IMG/VR virus record: IMGVR_UViG_3300010398_000032
Span: 1-28,493 of that record
DNA: 28,493 bases
Direction: 5' to 3' (one strand)
Source: a virus
Taxonomy: Duplodnaviria > Caudoviricetes
Part shown: one piece after another, positions 7,659 to 16,600 of the stretch
How the letters are laid out: each line of letters opens with the position of its first letter
Position numbering within the stretch: the first letter of the stretch is position 1
Made by a program: the position numbers and the translations under genes
The notes under the pieces: generated by a model
Told to the model about the DNA's origin: nothing
The model's input: the letters and a program-made list of their open reading frames with translations, nothing else
Database searches by the model: none

Positions 7659-8520
7659 TCCCGCACCTGGCGCAGCACCAGGCGCCGCGCCGCCCGGCGC
7701 AGCACCCGGCTCCGCTCCCCCAGCCTGGCACGCAGGCGTGGAAGCAGACACAATCGGTTTTTGGCAGAACAAGGGCTATACGCTCGATAGCCCGAAAGAA
7801 TTGGCGACTGAGTTAACCAAGCAATACCGCGAGCTAGAGCGCCACTTTGGCGTGCCGCCCGACCAGCTTGCCAAGTTTCCAACCGCCACCAGCAAGCCCG
7901 AGGACATAAAGGCCTTTTACAACAAGCTGGGCGTGCCAAGCGAAGCCAAGGATTACGACTTTTCCGGTGTGCAATTCGATGGCGAAGCCTTGGCGGCAGA
8001 CTTTGCCGACGTGCTGCGCGGTGCCTTCATGGCGGCCAACGTGCCCAAGGATCGCGCCGCCACCATGGCAACTTCGATCCTGAAGTATTTTGAGGATGCC
8101 GATATTGCGGACGCAACCGCCAGGGCGGGCAAGGTGTCGCTTGAAAAAGCGGAGCTAGAAAAGAATTGGGGACCAAACACCCAATACAATCTGATGATGG
8201 CCGACAACGGCGCGCGCCGGTTCGGGATCAATGCAGAGGAATTCACCAAGCTTGGCGAAGTGCTCGGCATTGCCCGCACGTCCGAAATGTTCCGCAAGAT
8301 TGGCGAGGGCTTCAAAGAGGACAATCTAGTGCCAGCGGGCACCGCGCCTGGCCAGGGCGCCATGCCGCGCACGCAAGAGGGCGCCCAGCAGCGGCTTAAT
8401 GAGTTGCGCAAGAATTCCGACTGGACAAACCGCATCATCCAAGGCAAGGCGACCCCAGCGGAACTAGAGGAATTCTATTCCCTGAATGCCATGGTCGCTG
8501 GCGAAAACAGGATCATTTGA
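7651..8520 (+). CDS. Capsid scaffolding / assembly protein
   Basis: GGAGG SD; Pro/Ala-rich N-terminus; FYNKLGVPSEAKDYDF and LEKNWG motifs; lies between portal and capsid genes. Confidence 0.8.
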   Translation: MADPAPGAAPGAAPPGAAPGSAPPAWHAGVEADTIGFWQNKGYTLDSPKELATELTKQYRELERHFGVPPDQLAKFPTATSKPEDIKAFYNKLGVPSEAKDYDFSGVQFDGEALAADFADVLRGAFMAANVPKDRAATMATSILKYFEDADIADATARAGKVSLEKAELEKNWGPNTQYNLMMADNGARRFGINAEEFTKLGEVLGIARTSEMFRKIGEGFKEDNLVPAGTAPGQGAMPRTQEGAQQRLNELRKNSDWTNRIIQGKATPAELEEFYSLNAMVAGENRII

Positions 8521-8521
8521 C

Positions 8522-8878
8522 ATGGACGATCCACAAAGCCCAGTCCCCGAAGTCGTCAAGGAATATCCCGACCGGGATCAACCGCAGTATCCCCACACCA
8601 AGGTCAAGAAACCGCCAGTCAAACGGCGCGGCAGACCACCCGGCGCGCGGATTGCACCGCCCAAGCCCAAGACAATAAAGGCGCCTAGCGAATTTGCTGG
8701 CATGACCCGCACCGATTGCGCCGATGAATGCCGCATGGATCGTTGCGTCGTCAGCAACCGGCCCTATTGCGCACACCCGCGCAAGGGCGGCTTGCAGGGC
8801 ATCGACTTGGGCAACGTCTCGGCAGTCAATCGGTTGACGGCGGCCAAGCTTTATCTGAAACGGGTTTTAGGTGAGTAA
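8522..8878 (+). CDS. Hypothetical protein with AT-hook-like motif and Cys/His cluster
   Basis: KRRGRPP, then C-x3-C-x4-C-x7-C-x-H; overlaps the start of the next gene. Confidence 0.7.
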   Translation: MDDPQSPVPEVVKEYPDRDQPQYPHTKVKKPPVKRRGRPPGARIAPPKPKTIKAPSEFAGMTRTDCADECRMDRCVVSNRPYCAHPRKGGLQGIDLGNVSAVNRLTAAKLYLKRVLGE

Positions 8879-9083
8879 CCTGGCCGACGTTGCGCTGCGC
8901 AAGCTGCGCGGACATGAGCGGCTAACCAAGGCTGAGACGCACTACACTGACCACGCCATGGTCGAGACGGAACGATGTGACTTGTGCATCTTTTTCATAT
9001 CACCGGGGGCGTGCAAGAAAGTGATTGCGCCAATGGGAGGCATTGCGCCTGGCGGTTGGTGTGATCGCTTCAAACGGAGGTAG
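8871..9083 (+). CDS. HiPIP-like (high-potential 4Fe-4S) protein without export signal
   Basis: KAETHY...CDLCIFF...CKKV...IAPGGWCDRF matches the HiPIP pattern Y-x9-10-CxxC-x8-C-xn-GWC. Confidence 0.75.
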   Translation: MSNLADVALRKLRGHERLTKAETHYTDHAMVETERCDLCIFFISPGACKKVIAPMGGIAPGGWCDRFKRR

Positions 9084-9086
9084 GCC

Positions 9087-9593
9087 ATGGCCCGCCGCCC
9101 AGTAAAGCGCAAGGTGCCGCCGCACAGGAGCAACCGCAAACCGATTACCAAACCCAAGCCTCACGCGCCCAAGCCTCACGCTTTGGTCGAGCGCAGGCAC
9201 AAGCAGAAGCACAAACGCACAACCCACTACAGGAGAAAGCCCATGGCCAAAAAGCCAGTCGCGGAACCGGAAGCTGATGTTTTCGAGGCCGATACGCCAA
9301 CGGAACCGGATCAAGAGGAAGCGGATACGGAAGCGGTCATCGAACCGCTGGCGGCCACGTCAGTCGATAGTCACAAGGCTAATGTGGTTGCGGCGACCGG
9401 CACCAAGCAAGGCGCGATCACAAGCGCCTATACGACGTTTGCCAGCGACCGCAATCAGGCCAACTTGGTGGCCAACGTCAAGACCGCCGACATTAACTTT
9501 TACAAGTCGCTGGTCACCAGTGCGAAGGCCAACGGCCAGCCTTTTGGGGCTGCGCTTGAGGCATTGAAAAGTCTAGGAGTAACGGGAGCCTGA
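9087..9593 (+). CDS. Hypothetical virion-region protein with two in-frame starts (9087 and 9243)
   Basis: SD GGAGG before 9087 and AGGAG before 9243; basic 52-aa N-terminal extension, acidic linker, helical C-terminal domain. Confidence 0.75.
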   Translation: MARRPVKRKVPPHRSNRKPITKPKPHAPKPHALVERRHKQKHKRTTHYRRKPMAKKPVAEPEADVFEADTPTEPDQEEADTEAVIEPLAATSVDSHKANVVAATGTKQGAITSAYTTFASDRNQANLVANVKTADINFYKSLVTSAKANGQPFGAALEALKSLGVTGA

Positions 9594-9595
9594 CA

Positions 9596-9760
9596 ATGCC
9601 TGCCGTATCTAGTGCGCAACGCGGTTTTGCTGGCATGAGCAAGACCGCTGCGGGACGTGCCAAGTTGCGTGCCCATGGCAAGACGCCAATGCCGAAAGAC
9701 GTGGCTGACGAATATGCCAGAACCAAAGGCAAGCTGCCGGAACGCGCCGCCAAGAAATAG
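9596..9760 (+). CDS. Small basic protein, DUF3008-like (below ORF-track cutoff)
   Basis: MPAVSSAQRGFAG...DEYARTKGKLPERAAKK, 54 aa; MPAxSxAQ start and TKxKLPE end resemble DUF3008-type proteins (from recollection). Confidence 0.65.
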   Translation: MPAVSSAQRGFAGMSKTAAGRAKLRAHGKTPMPKDVADEYARTKGKLPERAAKK

Positions 9761-9800
9761 GGCACTTGTAAGGCTGACCTACTAGGTATAGTCTCCGCGC

Positions 9801-9976
9801 CTGGTGGTACTGAAAGCCCACTAGCCCAGGATACCCACTAGCGTCGTTTGTGTACCAGGGAACGACGCTGGTGGGGCGGCTCCGCAAAGGACAAGCCGTT
9901 TGGGCCACTGCGGCCTCTCGCAAGAGATAAGGCCGAATGTCTGATGATCCCCGCGCACGCGGACAAGATCGACGTT
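9801..9976 (+). ncRNA. Highly structured 5' leader / candidate cis-regulatory RNA upstream of the capsid gene
   Basis: 15-bp stem 9834-9848/9861-9875; three tandem hairpins each followed by a GAYAA bulge; possible -10 TATAGT at 9787-9792. Confidence 0.55.
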
Positions 9977-10004
9977 CGGAAACCTTGATCAGCGGGACCG
10001 CGCC

Positions 10005-10937
10005 ATGAGCGAATTTCTCCCCAAACTATTCACGACCCAATTCAGCACCGTTTTGGACCTGAAGCTTCAGCAGAGGCAATCAAAGCTGCGCGGGCGCTGC
10101 ATGGAAGGTTTTCATGTGGGGCGCCAAGCTTCTCCCATCCAATATATTGGCGCCGTGCAAATGAAACAGCCCGCTGGGCGCTTCGCACCGATTGGCCGCC
10201 AAGACGCTGACTTCGCCCGTAGGTGGGTCTTGCCGGTTGACCGTGATGCCAACCAGCTAATCGACACCTATGACAAATTGAAAACTACTATCGAACCGAC
10301 TTCGCAATACAGCGAGGTCGCCGCCGCTGCCGTCGCGCGCGAGTGGGATGACCGCTTGATCCAGGCCGCATTCGCGACTGCCTTGCTTGGCACCGATAGC
10401 TCGGCTTTCACCAATGAGGTTTTCGATCCGAATAGTGTGGGCCTGACCATCGCCGCCAATTTTGCGAGCGCCGCTAATTCTGGCTTGACCGTCGCTAAAA
10501 TGATCGAGGCGAAAAGGGTCATGCGCAAAGCCCAGGTTGACGTTGACGAGGAAAGCATGACTTGGGTCACCAACAGCCAAGGCGAAGCTGATTTGCTTAA
10601 TCAGGTGCAAGTCGTCAGCACGGAATTTTCCGATAAGCCAGTGCTGCAAGAAGGCAAGGTAACCCGCTTTATGGGCTGGGATATTATCTATTCAGAACGC
10701 TTGAATGTGGCCACGGTTGGCACGCAAGTCCGCTTGAATATCCCATTTGTGCGCTCGGGCATCTACCTGGGCATCTGGAAGGACGTGGAGAACGACATTC
10801 AACGTCGCTTCGACCTGTCGGGCCTGCCCTATCAGATTTACACAATGATGTCGTCAGGGGCGACCAGGCTTGAGCCGGGCCGTCTGTTGCAGGCACAGTG
10901 CGCCGACTTGTCGGCCGCTGCGGACGTGACCCCGTAG
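10005..10937 (+). CDS. Major capsid protein (HK97 fold, BPP-1 Bbp17-like family)
   Basis: 310 aa; QFS..LDLKLQQRQSKLR N-terminus, LIDTYDKLK, GLTVAKMIEAK, LQEGKVTRFMGWDIIYSERL, GATRLE; gene position. Confidence 0.92.
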   Translation: MSEFLPKLFTTQFSTVLDLKLQQRQSKLRGRCMEGFHVGRQASPIQYIGAVQMKQPAGRFAPIGRQDADFARRWVLPVDRDANQLIDTYDKLKTTIEPTSQYSEVAAAAVAREWDDRLIQAAFATALLGTDSSAFTNEVFDPNSVGLTIAANFASAANSGLTVAKMIEAKRVMRKAQVDVDEESMTWVTNSQGEADLLNQVQVVSTEFSDKPVLQEGKVTRFMGWDIIYSERLNVATVGTQVRLNIPFVRSGIYLGIWKDVENDIQRRFDLSGLPYQIYTMMSSGATRLEPGRLLQAQCADLSAAADVTP

Positions 10938-10947
10938 GAGAGCCGTC

Positions 10948-11487
10948 ATGGCAGTCATCAATGTCAAGTCGAATAGCGTCATCAATCTTGATGCAACGCC
11001 GATTGTTGCGAACGTCGCGGGTGAAGGCGGCGCCAGCGATAGCAAGATCACTGATGGCGTTGTGCCGGGCACATCGGTCGCCGCCGCTGCCTCAATCGCT
11101 TCGACCTTTCAGTTTTGCCGCGTTCCTTCTAACTGCAAGATCAAAAAGCTTTGGTTTGAAAGCGCGGCGCAAGCGGCAGGCACCATGAACCTTGGCCTGA
11201 CCTACGCCACGGACGGCTCGGTTAATTCGACAACGCCGCCAACCGTGGTTGGCGCGGGGGGTGCCACGCTCTTTGGTTCGGCTATCGCGTTGACCGCCGC
11301 ATCCGGCCCGACCGACGTGACCAACCAATCCGGCAACTTCACCGCCGACAAGCGCCAGCAACCACTCTGGCAGGCCGCTGGCCTGACCAAAGACCCCGGC
11401 GGCTGGTTTGACATTACCGGAACGCTGGCCGCCGCGATCACGACCGGCACCGGATTGATGGGGCTTACCGTCGCTTACACGGATTAG
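10948..11487 (+). CDS. Capsid decoration / cement-like protein
   Basis: AGGAG SD; beta-rich small-residue protein directly after the MCP gene. Confidence 0.65.
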   Translation: MAVINVKSNSVINLDATPIVANVAGEGGASDSKITDGVVPGTSVAAAASIASTFQFCRVPSNCKIKKLWFESAAQAAGTMNLGLTYATDGSVNSTTPPTVVGAGGATLFGSAIALTAASGPTDVTNQSGNFTADKRQQPLWQAAGLTKDPGGWFDITGTLAAAITTGTGLMGLTVAYTD

Positions 11488-11490
11488 GCA

Positions 11491-11766
11491 ATGGCAACGC
11501 CAACGGAAGTCACATTCTACAACGCGGTCACGGCGGCTGAAGGTGCCCGCCAAAGCGCTTATGCGGCGGCGCTCACCACCTGGCTTGGCAACTACACCGC
11601 TGCCAACAAAACGACCTACGCGAATGCCATTGCTACCGCCGAAGCCGCCTATGAAACCGCGATCCAGGCGGCGACCAGCACGGCTGGGGCAGCGGTCGCG
11701 GCGAAAACGCTGGGTGACTGGCCGATCCACTATCCCCAATCGGGATGCAGCGGGACATTCCCATAA
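11491..11766 (+). CDS. Ala/Thr-rich helical hypothetical virion protein
   Basis: Tightly packed ORF; resembles the C-terminal domain of 9087..9593. Confidence 0.7.
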   Translation: MATPTEVTFYNAVTAAEGARQSAYAAALTTWLGNYTAANKTTYANAIATAEAAYETAIQAATSTAGAAVAAKTLGDWPIHYPQSGCSGTFP

Positions 11767-12005
11767 TGGCACGGCATTACGTCTCGATAAATCGCGGCGC
11801 CGAAGGTTCGCAATACGCGGATTTTCATACTGCCACGACAGAACCGGCAGGCACCGCGCCCGCTGGCGTTGATCTGTTCGTGTTTAGCATCCTCGATGGC
11901 GTGACGCCCACCAAGGTCGAAGTGGACAAGGCACTGGAAGCCTTTGAACGCTTCTTTGAGAATGCCCAACAGGTAGGCTCTGCCGGGTTCGATGTGGCGG
12001 GGTAG
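11766..12005 (+). CDS. Hypothetical virion protein
   Basis: TAATG coupling gives start 11766; MARHYVSINRG...KVEVDKALEAFERFF. Confidence 0.7.
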   Translation: MARHYVSINRGAEGSQYADFHTATTEPAGTAPAGVDLFVFSILDGVTPTKVEVDKALEAFERFFENAQQVGSAGFDVAG

Positions 12006-12008
12006 CCC

Positions 12009-12284
12009 ATGGCAACCGCCACAGAGGCCAAACAATTCCCGAATATCGCGACCGGCAACACCGCAGGCTTTACCCTGCGCGGCGGCAATTACGTGCTGAC
12101 TGCTTCCGGCACGATTACCAGCGTGCAGTTGCAAGTCATGTCGCTCGACAACGTGACGTGGATCAACGTAGGCGCGGCGCTCGCTGCCGCAGGCCTGGCA
12201 TCCTTTAGCCTGGCGCCTGGCACGTACCGGCTCGCCGTGACCGGCACCGCTGTTTATGCCGTTCTAGCCAGCGTTCCAACATGA
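12009..12284 (+). CDS. Small beta-sandwich hypothetical virion protein
   Basis: Beta-strand pattern GGNYVL...VQLQVMSLDNVTW...LAPGTYRL. Confidence 0.7.
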   Translation: MATATEAKQFPNIATGNTAGFTLRGGNYVLTASGTITSVQLQVMSLDNVTWINVGAALAAAGLASFSLAPGTYRLAVTGTAVYAVLASVPT

Positions 12285-12290
12285 TGGCCC

Positions 12291-13631
12291 ATGACGCAAT
12301 TCCGCACTGCCATCGACATAGCCAACCGGGCGCTCGATCATTGCGGGCAAGACCCGCTAGGGCCGCAGGGCTTTCTTGAGCCATCCAAAAAAGCCCGGCT
12401 GATCGCCAGGCTTTACGACAACATTCGGCGCTCGGAATTGCGCCGCCGGGTCTGGCGCTTCGCCACCAAGCGCGCGCTACTGCGGGCGGTAACGCCCGAT
12501 ATGATGCTGATTTCGCCCAGCTTGTGGTCACCAACGACGACTTACTTCATCGGCAGCGTGGTGACCGACATTTTTGGCATCATGTGGACAAGCAATGTCC
12601 CTGATAACCTTAATCAAGAGCCTGGTGTCGCGCTGGCCTGGGATTTCTATTTCGGGCCAGTATGCGTGTTCAACTGGAACGCTACGCCCAAGCAAGCCTA
12701 TTTCCCCGGCGAGTTGGTCTACATCGCACCCGGCGACGGCACCTATAAGGTTTATAAGTCACTCGCCAACACTAACACTGACAATCCGGCAACGGCGACA
12801 ACTTGGGATGCGACTACGCTTTACCAAAAAAACCAGATCGTAATCTGGCCGGGGCTGGTGCCGGTCACGGTGCCGCCGACACCGCAGCCGCCGCAAGTGC
12901 TCTACATCAGCTTGATCAATCTTAATCGGGGTCAGCAACCTGACTTGACCAGCGCAGTACCGTGGAATTCCGGCTTGACTTATACGCTTGGCCAAGCCGT
13001 GCGCGGCTCAGATGGGTTCATCTACACCTCGCAGATCAACGGCAACATCAACCATAATCCGGTCGCGGACATTGGCACGAATTGGCTTAACACCGGGCGC
13101 CTGGCGGCCTGGGCCAGTGACTTCAACCAGGCGACCAGCGGCACCGGCTCGGACAAATGGCTGCAAGTCAACTGCCAGCTAACCCCGTTCGTGACGACCT
13201 ATCCGATTGGCGTGGGGCCATCGACGCAAAGCCAGACCAAGAACGCCTATTTGTTCCCGGCCAATTATCTGCGCGAGGCGCCGCAAGACCCCAAGGCTGG
13301 ATCAACCAGCTACCTGGGCGCTTTTTGGGGCCTGGCCTATGGGGATTGGACGTATGAAAACAACATGATTTGCTCGATGCAATTCGATCCGATCACCTAT
13401 CGTTTTGTCGCGGATTATGCCGACGTGCGCGGCATGGACCCCATGTTCATTGAAGGCTTGGCATTGCGCATGGCGCTTGAAGCGGTCGAGCCGCTGACGC
13501 AATCCGCCGACAAGACCAAGATGATTGCGCAGAAATTCGAGAAGTTTCAGGGCGAGGCGGGGATCGTCAACGGGATCGAAACCGGGCCGGTCGAGCCGCC
13601 GGTTGACGACTGGCTTGCTGCGCGAGGCTGA
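12291..13631 (+). CDS. Tail tubular protein A (adaptor, T7 gp11-like) with inserted CBM5/12-like repeats
   Basis: N-terminal IDIANRALDHCG...WRFATKRALL; C-terminal YLFPANYLR...MDPMFIEGLALRMA; about 230-aa central insertion. Confidence 0.85.
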   Translation: MTQFRTAIDIANRALDHCGQDPLGPQGFLEPSKKARLIARLYDNIRRSELRRRVWRFATKRALLRAVTPDMMLISPSLWSPTTTYFIGSVVTDIFGIMWTSNVPDNLNQEPGVALAWDFYFGPVCVFNWNATPKQAYFPGELVYIAPGDGTYKVYKSLANTNTDNPATATTWDATTLYQKNQIVIWPGLVPVTVPPTPQPPQVLYISLINLNRGQQPDLTSAVPWNSGLTYTLGQAVRGSDGFIYTSQINGNINHNPVADIGTNWLNTGRLAAWASDFNQATSGTGSDKWLQVNCQLTPFVTTYPIGVGPSTQSQTKNAYLFPANYLREAPQDPKAGSTSYLGAFWGLAYGDWTYENNMICSMQFDPITYRFVADYADVRGMDPMFIEGLALRMALEAVEPLTQSADKTKMIAQKFEKFQGEAGIVNGIETGPVEPPVDDWLAARG

Positions 13632-13636
13632 CCCCC

Positions 13637-16600
13637 ATGGGTGATGCCTCGTATGTCCACGACAATTTTCTAGGTGGCGAAGTCTCGCAAACCACTCAAG
13701 GTTGGGTGTCGAACGAGAAATACCGCACATGGATGAACCGTTGCCGCAACGCGCTCCCGCTTGAGCAAGGGGCGTGGACACGGCGGCCCGGTAGCATGTT
13801 TTGCCAGCCCACGCGCATGGGTTCGCCAGGCCGCGTGCTGCCGTTCCAATTCCGGCGCGCACTGCCTTACAGCATGGAATTCACGGATGGGTTCTTGCGC
13901 TTCCGCCAAGGGCCGCGCCTAGTTACGACCAACGACAATGTGACCATCACCGGCATTTCGACCGCTACCCCGGCAGTCGTCACGACTAGCGCGCCGCATG
14001 GTTGGGCCAACAATAACCAAGTCTATTTGAACATTACTGGCGCGGAGCAATTACAAAACCGCCCGTTTCAAATCACGGTGCTTTCGCCCACGACATTCAG
14101 CCTGGCTGATGGCGTCACGCTGGCCTCGATCAATGGCGCATCAGTCGGGGCGGCGTTTGCCAGCGGCAATGCCTCGCGCGTGCTGGAAATTCAAACGGTC
14201 TATGCCAGTCAGTCGTGGGCTACCTTGCGCGCGGTGCAGAGTGAAATTCCGACTGCCGCCATGCCAGCGTCAGGCTCGGTGTTCTTGCATGCCAATTTCC
14301 CGCCCTATGTGCTGCAAGTCGTCAATCAGCCGACACCTGGCACGTTCGCGACGTTTTCGCTTCAGCCTGCGGTGTTTCGCGACGGTCCCTATCTCGATCC
14401 AGTGAAGGGCGGCGCCACCATCACGCCATCGGGCCTATCCGGCCTGGTGAATATGACCATCACATTCCCGGCCTTTGACAGTACGGTTGCCTATCAGGTT
14501 GGGGATTTTGTCAGCAATGCCTCGATCAATTACCAATCGCTGCAAAGCCCAAACCTTGGCAACACCCCGCCCAATGCAGCGTTTTGGCAACCCGTCAGCA
14601 CTGGTGTTGCCATCGGGCCAAACGGGTTTCAGGGCACCGATCTTGGGCGCCTGATGCGGTTCTATTCGGAGCCGCCGATTTGGAACAACACGACGCCCTA
14701 TGCCATCGGCAACGAGGTTTCCTATCCCTCGGGCGTCAACGGCGGTTACAGCTATTGGAAAGCTTTGGCCGCCAATACCGGCGTTGCGCCTGGCACCGAC
14801 ACCACCAAATGGTCAGTCGATCCGGCGGGCGCGATTTGGACGTGGGGCCGCATCAGCCTGCTTGCCAATCTGGTCAATCCGGCGACCGGAACGGCTATCG
14901 GCACACTCACGCAGAGTGGTGGCCTGGCGGCGGCATTCGATGGCAACACCAATCAGCCAGCGGCGCAAAGCGCGACCTTCAATACCGGCGGTGCTTTCAA
15001 TACCCAATATGTCGGCAAGAACTATCCCGGCGGGCAGCAAGTCTCGGCGGTTACGGTTTTCAATCCATCCGATCAGCCGCTCGCTCTCGGGGTTGCCCTG
15101 TTTTCCAACGGTCAGGGCGGCGGGATCATTACCAGCCAGCCAACCCAAGTCACCGTCAATCTACGTGGCAAGGCGACCGCCCCTGCCAATTCGGCTGACG
15201 GCACATTGCTTGGAACCAGCGGCACACTGGCAACGCCCAATTCACCTGTAACGATTGCATCCAACGATCAGACGACGGCATGGGCCTATGTTTGGGTTGA
15301 AATAATTTCCACCATCTTGATCAATGCGCCGGGCTTCATTGCTTATAGCTCGCACACCATTGGCGTTGCCGAATGCCAGTTTTTCAATCCGGTTGCCAGC
15401 GGCGCGGGCAATGCCGTGCAAGTGCAAATTCTCGGCAACAAGCTTCTCTACACCACGCCAATCCGTGTCTGGCGTATGGGACTTTACTCCAACACGACCG
15501 GCTGGCCAACTTGCGGGACATACCATGAAGGCCGACTATGGCTCTCGGGCGTCTACGCCAACCGGATTGATAGCTCAGTCAGTAACGACATTTTTAATTT
15601 TGCCCCCACCCAAGTTGATGGGTCTGTTCCAGGGGATAGGGGGATTTCCTATGTGTTCAACTCTCCCGACGCGAACCCAATTTTTTGGCTTGAACCCGAC
15701 CAACTTGGCATTGTTGGCGGTACTCAAGCAGGCGAATGGCTGGTGCAAGCAACAAGCACAAACCTTCCACTAAGCCCAACCACGATCCAAGCGCACCGCT
15801 ATACCAAGTACAACATGGCCAATATCCTGCCTGCGCGCACGGAATTGACCTTGGTTGTGACGCAAGTTTTGGGGCGAAGCGTTCTCGAATATTTTGCCGA
15901 CGTGTTTAGCGGGCGTTTCAGTGCTCATGATCTGGCGCAAAATTCCAAGCATCTGACCAGCAAATTCATTCGGGAAATTTGCTACCAGCAAGAGCTAGTC
16001 TCGACCATTTGGTTAAGGATGGGTGACGGCTCGCTGGTTGGTGATTGCTATGCTCGCCGCACTTTGAGCACGTCCATGGATGCAGAAAGGAATGCTTGGC
16101 ACGCGCACACGCTAGGGACTGGGCGTCAGATTGAATTCATCTGCACTGGCGCCAATGAGACTGGCACGCTCGATGCCCTGACCATGGTTACCAATGACAC
16201 GACCAGCAACACGCGCTTTGTCGAATTGCTGACCAAGCAATTCAAGGAAACTGACGATCCGGCAAATGGCTGGTTTCTTGATGCTGGCGTACAGCCAACG
16301 ACGATGACCGCGATCCCGGTAGGCGCTGGTTTCCCCATGGGCGGGGCGCAATTCAACGGTCTATGGCATTTGAACGGACAGACCGTGCAATGCACCGTCT
16401 CGGGGCTTGATGTTGGTCAGCAACTCGATACCGGCGGTCGCCAAATCATCAGCGACTTTCTGGTGACCAATGGCAGTATTCAGGTGCCCTATGGCGATGG
16501 CGTGAATGGTGGGCCAGGCAATGGCTTATTCACGTCAGCCTTGGCGACTTCCGCCATGGCCGCCACTCAGGTCATTGTCGGGATGACCTACACCAGCGAT

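Noticed and set aside
9941-9983. CTGATGA...GAAAC resembling a hammerhead ribozyme core
   Set aside because: Stem II does not close directly onto GAAA (it is followed by CAAG) and I could not build stems I and III with a cleavage triplet.
10263-10285. GACACCTATGAC identical to part of the 4299 promoter/operator
   Set aside because: It lies in MCP coding sequence (DTYD) and lacks the GTCATA half-site; likely chance.
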